From: Chrysomallon squamiferum
Taxonomy: Eukaryota; Animalia; Mollusca
Direction of reading: 5' to 3'
Length of the DNA stretch: 64,000 nucleotides
Assembly: GCA_012295275.1 (NCBI GenBank)
Contig: CM022669.1
Span: 8,990,001 to 9,054,000 of the forward strand
The first letter of the stretch is position 1, and every line of letters begins with the position of its first letter. Position numbers and translations under genes: made by a program. Positions 1 to 24,582 of the stretch are shown piece after piece. The notes under the pieces were generated by a model. The model saw only the letters and a list, made by a program, of their open reading frames with translations. It was not told the origin of the DNA and made no database searches.

Positions 1-971
1 TGTGTTATTTATTAGTTTGTTTTATTATCTCCCCTGATTTGAACAAAATTCAAGAATTACTTTTGACGCAGAAATCAGTTTACTACACGAACGACCCCAC
101 AACACAACAACAACAACAACAATAACAATAAACTGTAGAATAACAGAACAGAGAAAAATGTATTACAGGTATATATTAACAAAATTAAAATGCACCAGCG
201 TGGAAGTTTATCAAGGACATGCTCTGTCAGAAAAAATTCTCATTAACAGACATAACCTTTTTCATTATAGACATATTTTTGCTATTAAACATGTTATTAT
301 ATAAGAAATACATTTGGATGTCTCGTGTTCATCTTTTTTTCGCATTTAATAATTACAGGATGATTACGTTCAAATATATAATGATATTTATCTCCAGCTT
401 TGTCAAGATTATAAACATGACATTTTCTATTTTCTCTTAGAATATTAAACCACTGTTATGTTTCAATAGGAAATTTAATATCAGAGGTTCTAAATTTACA
501 TAAGATTTTTGGATTCATTTGCGGCTGCACAGTAAGATATTTTCTAATTTCAATTATTTTTATTATTATTATTTTGTTTATAATAAATACCCTTTGCAGT
601 TGTTTCAGTTTCTATATTTGTAGATAGTAATCATGTAATATTTTGGATAACGTTTCATGTAACTATATAACATTATCAAAGTTGTGATATGTCCATATAT
701 ATGTTAAACCACAATCGTCTAAAATATTTTTGACAAATTTGTTCCAAGGAGAATCGATAAAATGCAATAAATAATATAGTTGTGAGGAAAAAAATAAATA
801 AATAAAATAAACAGATAAATGAAATGAAATAAATAAAATAAAGCAAAATCATATTAAATTAAATTAAATAAAATATACTAAAAATACAAATTATAGGATT
901 AACAAATTCTGTATGATATAAAATCTACACGTAGTCACTTAGTTTACAAACTGAATTTTTAAAATTTATAA

Positions 972-1014
<43 letters not shown>

Positions 1015-1551
1015 TAATAAATATATTCTTACGTTATTTTCTCACATTCTGTTTTTTTTTATGTTTATGTGTATCATCAGTGTGTATTTTTTTGTGTCTG
1101 TGTTTTCGCTCGATCTTAATACCGGATGTCGTGACAGTTAAATAGAAGCACTAGTAATTAAGTAGAAATTAATGAGATTATCCAGAGATTAGGCAGGGAT
1201 TAACGTAGCCGTGAACAAAGCCTATTCATTTCACACCAGATTCACTCGAGGATGAAAACAAACGACGAGTACGGAAACTCGTTAATCCGCTGTAAGTTTT
1301 CAGTGAAAGAACCAACGAGCGAGATTTGACGAGATTTCATGAAAACGGGGCAATGGCCTCGATGGTGAAAAAAGTCTCGTCGGCGTTAGTCGTTTTGAAG
1401 CGTTAACTGGGAACCCGAACTAAACGTTTTGTTTATAAATAACACTAGATTCTTTGAGTGGGCTGTTTCACGTTTGAAGGTGACGCTTCTCAAAAGGTCG
1501 CCGTAGATGGAGAGATAGTCTGATGAAGGATATGGAAAGATGAAAGAAAGA

Positions 1552-1582
<31 letters not shown>

Positions 1583-2455
1583 CGAGAAGAAAAATCAGTA
1601 TTTTTTTTTTTTTATAAATTTAGAGACGATTTAAAATTTTATTTATTTATTTATTTAAAATTTATTTAAAATTTATTTATTTATAAGTTCACAGTCTCGT
1701 TTCAGCAATGTAATGTTTTTTTTGGGGACTAAATGTAGGAATATTTGTGCGTTTAACACTTTTAATTCACAACCAAATATTTATAATTTTTAAAAACCAA
1801 ACAGTCAAAATACGTACATAATTTACTTAAAATTGTTTATTGTTTGATGTAAAGAAAGTTTTTGTAATCATTTTCAGTGATAATGAGTAATATATACAAA
1901 TATAAATATATGTGTGTGTGTGTGTGTGTGATTTATATAAAAATAATTTTAAAGAGAAAATTATCTGCTAGAAATTTCTGGTTGTCGTGTAACAGATTAT
2001 TAATTAAAATCTCTAACACTAATCGTTAAAGAAATAAAATTTGTCATATCAGTTCTTTTAATTCTTTTAATTCTTTTTTTTTTTCGTTAACATTCCTTAT
2101 AATTAATTACAAATGTTTAATTAACGTAATATTATTGTTATAACTTTGAAAAAAACGGACACGACGACACACGCCTTTTTTCAACTCTGAAAAACCACAA
2201 AAAAAAAACGCCTCCATACAGATCACGTAATAATAATCTTATTTCCAGAAATATTGTTAATTAGACATAATTAATAATGACTGTGATCTGTCAAAAAGGT
2301 AATGAGTATTATACATGTATGAAGTGACGGGAATGAAGCTGAAATAGCGTGTATAATTAATATCTGAAAATAGAAGTAGAATCCTGCAAGTTAACACGTC
2401 TGTGTTAAACATATCATCTCTCTCTGCGTGTGGTTTAATACTGTTTGTTAATATG

Positions 2456-2656
<201 letters not shown>

Positions 2657-2828
2657 GGACTGGTTCAGTTAAACGAGGAGAATGAAACTAAAGTAAAAAA
2701 CTGAAGCTGTTATTGTTGATGATGGTCAAATCACGAGTCCGGATGATTAATTAAATCCAGAACAGAGTGGACACAATACTTTGAATAGCTTTGTCACGAA
2801 CTAAATTACATAACAAATGTAACTGGGA

Positions 2829-2861
<33 letters not shown>

Positions 2862-2907
2862 ATTATTACTATCATTATTATTACTATCATTATTATTATT
2901 ATCGCTA

Positions 2908-2972
<65 letters not shown>

Positions 2973-3299
2973 TCATGTTACAGTATATAGATCATAATAG
3001 TTGACGTCAGAAGCGACTATGATCTGTTTTGTGTATACAGTTTTATGTTTATCACGACTAGTACATTACAAAACTTTTATGTATTGATTTTTTCTCAAAC
3101 ACACACACACACACACATAAACACACACACAGAGACGCACAAACAAAGCAGAATTCTTTAAAGCACACAGGATAAGAATGTCATAAATGATCATTCCCTT
3201 TTCAAAGTTTCATCAGCACAAATGTATGCATATATATCAACATGTACAATGTACATATACATACATACATACAAAACCAAAGCATACAAACACGCACGT

Positions 3300-3340
<41 letters not shown>

Positions 3341-4761
3341 TAAACACATACAACAGACATACACATACAGACGCATATATACAGACATATATGTGTATAT
3401 GTATGCACATACATACACATATGCACACACAAATTCAGAGATACACAGATCTTCATGTAGTGGAAAACACAGTGAATAACAAAAGTGAGATTACTACAAC
3501 TAATATTTATTTGGTTTACAACACAGTCAGATATGACACTATTTATAAGTTTATATATTTACGTGCGACACATATTTGTTTTGGTTTTTTTTCTAATATA
3601 AATTAATATTATTTTCTCAGTCGGAGCTGGGTAATTGTGACATGTATATACAATATGACTGGACTTAGATATTTACACATAAATTATGTACATACACCCT
3701 CACCACCATTTATACGTCTGTATGTCTCTGTGTTAATATGTATGAATATGTATGTGTATGTAGGTATATATATATATGTGTATGTGTGTATGTATGTGTA
3801 TGTATGTATGTATGTATGTATGTATGTTCTATGCATGTATGTATGCATATATGATCTATGTATGTATGTAACTCTGAATTTATTTGTGAAGATATGTCTT
3901 ACATTTGTCTGTTTATATGTCTGTATGTATGTATGCAGATATGTGTGTAAATACATATACAGACGCAGGCACACAAAAACACACGTTCACACACGCAACA
4001 CTACTATCTTAACATAAGACCACAAACATCAGCAAATAAAACATAACAAAAATAAATATTAATACTAGTTAACGAGACTCATGTTATAAGGTAAGAATTC
4101 ATGTTTGAAATGTCAGGTAAGAAGGTGCAGGTTTGGTCAGTTAGGTAAAGCGCCGGGTACAGATGGGAAATGGGTGGGAGGTAGGGATGGTGGGTGTCGA
4201 TGGTATAGGCGGGTGTGGAGGTGCGGTGGTGGGTTTAGATAAACAAAAAAAAAAAAATGATTGGAAGTGAATTTATATAAATATGATGTCAAGAGAAAGA
4301 AGAATAAGAATGATGTTTTGACACTTCCAGAAAGTCTCGGAACATTTTAAAAAGGAAACAAAACGTAATGAAAAAAAAAACAAGGAAAGAAATAAAATAA
4401 TGGAAATGAAAAAAAAAAAAAAACACAAACAAACAAACAAACAAACAAACAAACAAACAAACAAACAAACAAACAAACAAACAAATAAACAAACAAATAA
4501 AGAAATAAATGAATAAAGAAAGAAAGAAAAGAAAAAAACGTCAAGTGGGCAGTACACTAGAAATAAGTAGTAGTCTCATCACTGAATACCTTCAACAATT
4601 TATACAGGAGGAACAATTAAAGTAACTTATTGTCATGACGTCATAATCTGTTGCTAAAGGCTAATGACGTCACCGGTACTATGACGACAGAGATACTGTG
4701 TCTCTAACGACGTAATATTGTTAATGTTCAGTGAGACAGTTTATAAATCAAAGTGGCGCAA

Positions 4762-16643
<11,882 letters not shown>

Positions 16644-16706
16644 TGTGTGAAAAAACCAGCGCGCGACGCCTTGTCTCGCCTCGCCTGTGTGTCTGTGTGT
16701 GTGCGC

Positions 16707-16715
16707 TTTTAAATA
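16707..16715 (-). promoter_or_regulatory. TATA-like box (TATTTAAAA) of the amine oxidase gene
   Basis: Sits ~65 nt upstream of the ATG and is followed by a GC-richer leader. An NF-Y-type AGCCAATCAG lies at 17059-17068. Confidence 0.45.
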
Positions 16716-16979
16716 CTAAATACACACTTGTTATACTACGTACGTACGACCCGTAATTCTTCCCCCCCGTTATTTATACATATGTTCTTTTTTCTTTTTT
16801 TTATCTTTCTTTCTACTTCTACTTCTACGTCTATTTTTTATATATATATATATATATTTTTTTTTTTTTCAAAGAGTTTATTATTTTTGTTTTTGTACTG
16901 ATGTAATTGGTAAAAGCTAAGAACCCACGTGGTTTGGAGCATAAGACTGGTGGTGTTATTATTATGATATTTTTATTTT

Positions 16980-17015
<36 letters not shown>

Positions 17016-17191
17016 TATACGCAAGTCCATTCAGAATTTCTTGGAGGCGTGCCCTCTCAGCCAATCAGAGCCGGGGCCCTTATCGAGTATTATCAGAACA
17101 ATCCAAAGAATTTCCAGTATCTTCATGATGTTGTAGTGTTACGACGTAAAAATATTTTCATTTTCAGTGTAAGAAAGACAGCGAGCGAGCG

Positions 17192-17194
<3 letters not shown>

Positions 17195-17272
<78 letters not shown>

Positions 17273-17356
17273 TGAAATAAATATGTTAAAATGAGAATGG
17301 AAATAACAGACAGATATTTGGACGGGTGGATAGACGGACACATGGATATATATATC

Positions 17357-17435
<79 letters not shown>

Positions 17436-17488
17436 TGAGAGAGAGAGAGAAGGAAAGAGAGAGAGAAAGAAACAGACAATATAATTGC

Positions 17489-17519
<31 letters not shown>

Positions 17520-17556
17520 AGGAAAGAGAGAGAGAGAAAGAAACAGACAGGTATAA

Positions 17557-17603
<47 letters not shown>

Positions 17604-17654
17604 TAAGCAAAGAGAGGGAGAGAAAGAAACAGATATATATAATTGCAGAGAGAG

Positions 17655-17732
<78 letters not shown>
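17195..17732. repeat. Compound (AG)n microsatellite with a reiterated ~60-70 bp higher-order unit
   Basis: (AG)n tracts interrupted three times by GAAAGAAACAGA....ATAA[T/A]TGCAG. Confidence 0.9.
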
Positions 17733-17736
<4 letters not shown>

Positions 17737-18147
17737 TTATAATGAATTACGTGTGTGGACTGTTGTCAGGTCGGGGTGATGACGTGTAACGGTCAAAGCC
17801 ACCTGTCCTGTAGTCGTTACAGACGACAGCGTGGATTACACAAATATTTGCTTTGTCATGCTCTGCTGGACGCATTGTTAGTGGCGGAAGTGAAAATAAA
17901 AAATTAAAGAAATAGGAAGAATGAAACTGAAATGTCGTGTACCGTTGTTGTTTAGTCAATGCTGGCCCAAGATTGAAGCTCCCACCCATAAAACATGAAG
18001 CAATAATTACACGTCAGTCAGAAATAACAAGTTACAGAGGCAATCAGGAATAAAACATTACACAGTCTGAAATAACATATTTAACAGAAGACACCCCTAA
18101 AAAAAAAAAAAAAAAAAACCAAAAAAAAAAAAACCCGCACAAACACA

Positions 18148-18184
<37 letters not shown>

Positions 18185-18419
18185 AGAGAATAATAAAATA
18201 GACAGTTACCAAGGCAGAGAAAAATAAATATTTTACTAGTCGTAAACTAATAAACATGGAATATATGCATCAACAACATTTAATTTCCAGATTTTATTAT
18301 CACAAGTAATAGCAACAGTAGCAGCAACAGTATTAGTGGTAGTAGTAGGTTAATAGTAGTAGTAATAGGAGTTGTAGTTGTTATTGTTGTATTCAGACAG
18401 TCACCAAATAGAAATTACT

Positions 18420-18955
18420 CAGGCATTCAGGAATAAAACATAACATAGACAGTCAGGAATAAAACATTGTATAGACAGTAATAAAACCTTACATAGACAG
18501 TCAGGAATAAAACATTATATAGGCAGTCAGGAATACGTCATGACATAGAGAGACAAGAATGAAACATTACATAGGAATAAAATAGTACAGAGACAGTCAG
18601 GAGTAAAACATTACACAGACAGTCAGGATTAAAACATTACACAGAAATCAAACATTACATAACAGTCAGGAGTAAAATATGACATAGAGAGTCAGGAATC
18701 AAACATTAGACAGACAGTTAGGACTAAACCATCACATAGACAGTCAGGAATCAAACATTACATAGACAGGAACAAAACATTACTTATATAGTCAGGAATA
18801 AAACATTATACAGACAGTCAGGAATAAAACGTCACACAGAAATTCAGGAATTAAACATTACATATACAGTCTGGAATAAAACATTAGATAGGCAGTCAGG
18901 AATAATATATTACATAAACAATCAGGAACAAAACAGTATGTAGTCAGGAATAACA
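18420..18955. repeat. Minisatellite, ~26 bp unit (CAGTCAGGAATAAAACATTACATAGA), about 20 copies
   Basis: Direct tandem copies; stray units also occur near 18015-18075. Confidence 0.92.
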
Positions 18956-19234
18956 CAAAGTTTATTTTATAATGTACACAGATTCATACATACATACATA
19001 CACACAAAGAGATTTGAATGTAAGTATACACGTACACAGATATTCACACATACATACACATATACATATACGTAATTTGTACAGAGTATAAGACTTGCTT
19101 TGATGATGAAATGAAATGTATCGAGAATAATTTGAGAAGTGTTTTTATATCTTACACTTGTAATTCTATTTTTAGTTAATTTATTCGTCCTGAAACTGCA
19201 CACACTGAGGAATTAGACGTTGTGATAAAAATAA

Positions 19235-19292
<58 letters not shown>

Positions 19293-19463
19293 AAAAAAAA
19301 AAAAAAAATAATAATAATAAAAAAAATAATAATAAAATAAAAATGAAAAAAAAATAAAATAAAACCAAAGACACAGCAAATAAACAAACAAACAAACAAA
19401 TAAACAAACAAATAAATAAATAAATAAAATTAATAATTAAATAAATAATAATAATAATAATAA

Positions 19464-19495
<32 letters not shown>

Positions 19496-19761
19496 AAAAA
19501 AAATAATAATAATATATATAGATATATAATTAATAGTCTTTTCAGACGTTTAAATTTCATTATTCCGTATTTGTAGATATTGACCATGCAATATTTTGGA
19601 TATTTTGAAGTAAGGTGTTAACTTCACGAGTAAACAGTCGTGTTATTTTCGAGTCATATCGGAGTAAGTAAAGATTAATTAAAATTAATATTAAACAATG
19701 AACAAAACAACACAACACCAATACTGATAATAATCATCAAGAGAGTAGGGATAGAATAAAA

Positions 19762-19826
<65 letters not shown>

Positions 19827-19889
19827 CACTGTCTGAAGATATCAGCTTATTGGTTCAAAATGCAACAACAACAACGACAATAATAAATC

Positions 19890-19956
<67 letters not shown>

Positions 19957-20709
19957 CAGCATCATCATTATCATCATACACATAGGATGACCTTGTCCTA
20001 AGTTTGTGCTGAGTCACGAAACTTCAGATTTATTTCTCATTAAAAATGCTGATTACGGGGCCTTGTCTGAAAGACAAATGTTAATTTCTGGCAAAACGAC
20101 TAAAAAAAAAAAAAATAATAATAATAACAACAGCACTAAAATGTGGACATAGTCTATCCTGAAATTCCCGGGATTAACTGCATAAATTCGATTAATCTGT
20201 GTTAATCCTAAGAAGATTATCTAAATCTCTGACGCATTTCTTTTTCAGTTTATCAAGAGCATGTCACCAGACCAGAGTGACGTCAGCACATATCAATATT
20301 TATTAGGCAATAGTTAATTAATAATATTATTTTAGTTTGCTTATAAATCAAAATAAATAACAAAATTATATTTCAATACTGGTATAAAATATTTTTTCAT
20401 CTGGCCTAAACAATCGATTTAGGCTTTATATATATATATATGAAACACCAGCAACTGTACCCCGCAATACGTATGAATTTAATTATGTGACGTTCTACTG
20501 TATCCGATTATATGTTTGTGACGTAACAAAAAAACAACAACAAAAAAACACACTGAGTATTAATTAAAATGAAATACACATGAGCTTTCAAATTCACAGA
20601 ACATGAACGCCTGCCTAGAATAACTTGATGTCGTTCTCATTTTGTATTTACAGAAAATCTGAGGTTGATCAGTATGAGAATTCATGATTTTTCATAATTA
20701 CAGTCGCAG

Positions 20710-20744
<35 letters not shown>

Positions 20745-21326
20745 AAAAGAAAAAGAAAATAAATAAAAGAAAATAAATAAATTGAAAAAAAAGAAGAAAA
20801 GAAATACATATATATATATTCATACGCAGATATGTAAATGGTGTTTAGGCCCATGTACATAGAACCAAGCGTGCTTCACTGTTATAAAGATAATTTAGCC
20901 CCATTAAAACTCCCAGAAACAACAACAGCAACAACGTAGAAATAAATCAAAATTGAGAAATAATGTATCTTTTTAAACACAGAGATTCCATAAACTTTTA
21001 TCTACAAAAGAACCTTACATTCTCTTTACATCCGGATACTTTGAGCATGCGCACTCAGGCACGAATTAATAGTGCAATTAACCCGGCCTGAGTTTTTAAC
21101 GAAACCATGTCAGAAGTATTCTTCCACCAAGTTGTACTTATAGATCAGTAAACTTTTCTAATCTGCAGGTCACATGAAATTTAAAAAAATGTTACTGTGC
21201 AGTCTAAATCTGGCTGAACGCCGTTATTGTTTGTAAACATGGCGGGATAACGTTTTACTGAACAAACTGGAATGTCTCTTCAAAATGTTTGTATTAATGT
21301 TTATTTTTATTTCACTGAGATTAAGA

Positions 21327-21373
<47 letters not shown>

Positions 21374-21623
21374 TACACATACATACATTTCTTTTTCTTT
21401 TTTTCTGGACTGTCAGACAGACATCTCACATATTAAGTCTGGTTTAGCCAGTGCCAGATATCGACTCTAATCTCCATAGTTTGTATAGTTGGTGAAGTTA
21501 TTAGACTGTGTTAATTTAAATACTCAGCCAGTGGCAGATTATGGGTGGTGGTGATGTCAATAAATAAATAAATAAACAAAAATAAAAATAATAATAAAAT
21601 AATAATAATAATAATAATAATAA

Positions 21624-21683
<60 letters not shown>

Positions 21684-22792
21684 TTAAAAATATATACAGA
21701 TGTCCACATGTGTACCCTCTCATGTTCTTAATAATTAATATTCGAGCTAAACTGGATGCCAACTTCACAGTTTGGTTTGCTAACGCTTGTGGATATGGCA
21801 GCAAAGGCTGGTGAAGAGAGAGCTATGCCAAGCACTGTGAATAGACAAACACTGTAAAATATATAATTTCAGTTTATAAACATTGACGTATTGTTTCTGA
21901 AACCACTGCCCCATTTACTTAAAAGTTTAACCCGTCCGAGTTAGTGATTCGTTAACGCAACGTGAGCCAAGGCTTCATATAAACGTGTTACATAAAAAAA
22001 TATACTTTTAATACAAAACAAACACAATATGAGACCTTCCACACAAAACTGAGAGTCAAAAAAAAAAAAAAACACAAACCAAAACCCAACAAAAAAAAAC
22101 AACTCCACCAACAAACACAACAAACAAACAAAAACAAAATAAGTCGGAAGGAAAAAAAAAAAATAACGTTTCCTGTTAGATACTTGATCTGTCTTGACCT
22201 TGAATTACCAAACATGAATTTGTTTTTCTTTCTTCCCATTTTTTTGGTTTTTCATTGCAACATGATAGCTCATAGCTGGCTTCACAAATTGGACAGTGTC
22301 TGGTGACATGTAATTATGTTTGATGATAACTACAATACTTGCTTTGAACCTCTGTAGTCTCCAGGTGTTTGGACTTTGCTTGTCTGTTTGTCTTTGTATA
22401 TATGTGTGCATATCTATATGTATATCTCTTTCTCACTCTAACCGTCTACCTTTTGTTTTCTCAAACTCTGATTGTCTGTTTTCTTCCTTCTTACTGTCCA
22501 TCTCATCATGTCTCTCGCTCATTCTTTCTGTCATTTCACGTCTCTGTTCGTTTCTCCGTCTTACTTTCTCTCTCTCGTTTCATTCTGCTGGTGTTGTTTG
22601 ATGTTTATCTTTTCACAACAACCAGAAACAAAGAAAAATACAGAAACATATTATTATCTAAAAGACAAAAGCACAAATATACATGTTATACTGCGATTCA
22701 AGCAAAAGTAATTACCCAACCAGCCAACCAAACAATCAACCAACTCTTGTCCAAAACAAAACACACATATATGTCATACTGTTCTACAAGCA

Positions 22793-22832
<40 letters not shown>

Positions 22833-24544
22833 CAACCAACCAACCAACCAACCAGTCAATCAGCCAATAAAGCAACTAGCTGAATTAATTAACGAACGAG
22901 TAAAAGCGTCACATCTAGAAGATTTTCTGTAGGAGTGTATTACTAAAACAAAATATTCAATGGGTGACAGGTAGTTACAGGTTTTACAGAACATGAGAGA
23001 ACATGTGATATGACATGACCGTTACTACATTCTTCACAGTACATTCACCTCGTGCCCCGGGCCGGACGAGCGTACCTTCTCTCCTCTACCGCTCAGCCTT
23101 GAACGAACGATCCTGGCCTACATAGACGATGTACCATAAAACCTCGGGTAAATGAAAATACATTTAATTTTCATATTTTGTAGAAATCAACGTGTGGTTG
23201 TGTCATCTTCGCCGTTAAAAACATTATCAGTAATTTACGATACCTAACTGAAATTTAAAAAGAAATAACAACAACAGTTTTTTTTTCTTTAAAAGTCTCT
23301 TCCTCAGTATCTCTTTCTTACTTTTTTTCTCTCTCTCTTGCTTTTTCTATCTCTCTCTTACTTTTTCTACCTCACTCTTTCTTTCTCTCTCCCCGCTGCC
23401 TCCCTCCCTTTTCTCTTTCTAACTCTGTCAATCCTTTCTCTCTATCTGTTTGTCAGACTGTCTAAATGATTTTAAATTTATTTCTATTTTTGTTTTTCCT
23501 AAACTATTTTTCTTTTCTTATTGCTTTTCTGTCCAGGAAAACATGCTGTCTTTTCAACAGCGAAATTAACGGTAGTAAGATCGGTAGAGGAATAATGGTT
23601 TGTGTCGGATCGACTCTTCGTAAAACATATAATTGGCAATTTCTCGTTCCTGCTTCTGCTTCGTGTTTCGGGTCTACTGTTTCGCTGTACGAGTATGTAA
23701 TAATGTGGTGGGTTTCTTCTCTGATATCATTACTCAAAGCCCATTCGATAACATTAAAATAACTCGAGGTGAGGTAAGACAAATTTTCATTATATTTTTG
23801 TTTAATAAACGTTTACCTCTACTAAGGCATGTACGGTATGTCCGTTTACAAATGTGAAGGTCACAGATGGGACGCTTGGAGCAATAATAATTGTAAGGAT
23901 CATGGAGTAAACGCAATTACCTGTGTGAAGCGTGGCCTACATCAGGTGAAGGTTATCGTCTTTGTTGCACGCACATCCTCAACAACAAACACACGTGGTA
24001 CAAGCCGGCCGCTGTATACATAAATATACAGTGCAATAACTGCCGCAGGTAAAGCACGTGACATACAAACTAAAGCATATCGCATGTTAAAGAAGAAATG
24101 CCGGTTGTAACAAGAGATAGACAGTAACATGGTTTATTGATCTTGTTGGTACTAGAAAAACTATTCTTCCCGTTCCAGCCACAAATGATTATTGAAATAC
24201 TAAACGTATAATCTTTATTATTAATATATTTTTTTAACATGTCCAAGAGATAAACACATTTGAACATACGCACGTACTTACATACATACACAGTTAGCTT
24301 TTGCTGTTAAGAAATTTTGTTTCCCTATTTTTGTCTTCCTTCCCCACCAATTACTTTTAAGAGTCAAATGTTCACATACAGTTTTCAGAGTTCGCCACTA
24401 AGTCCTGTGTATACAATAATACACAGCCAACATGAGCTTACCTCGGTTTTCTGTTTGTTCCATTTTTTATTATTTTTTTTTTTTTTTTTTAGCTCTTTGG
24501 TGAAATGATTCATCTATTAAATATTAGTTTATTTAAATTTGACG

Positions 24545-24582
<38 letters not shown>

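Noticed and set aside
18420-18955. Regular ~26-bp repeats resembling a CRISPR array
   Set aside because: Units are contiguous with no unique spacers, there are no cas genes and the context is eukaryotic; it is a minisatellite.
23829-23935. Fragment YKCEGHRWDAWSNNNCKDHGVNAITC faintly like an SRCR or C-type lectin C-terminus
   Set aside because: Cys spacing is only loosely similar, with no upstream domain in frame and no clear splice sites.
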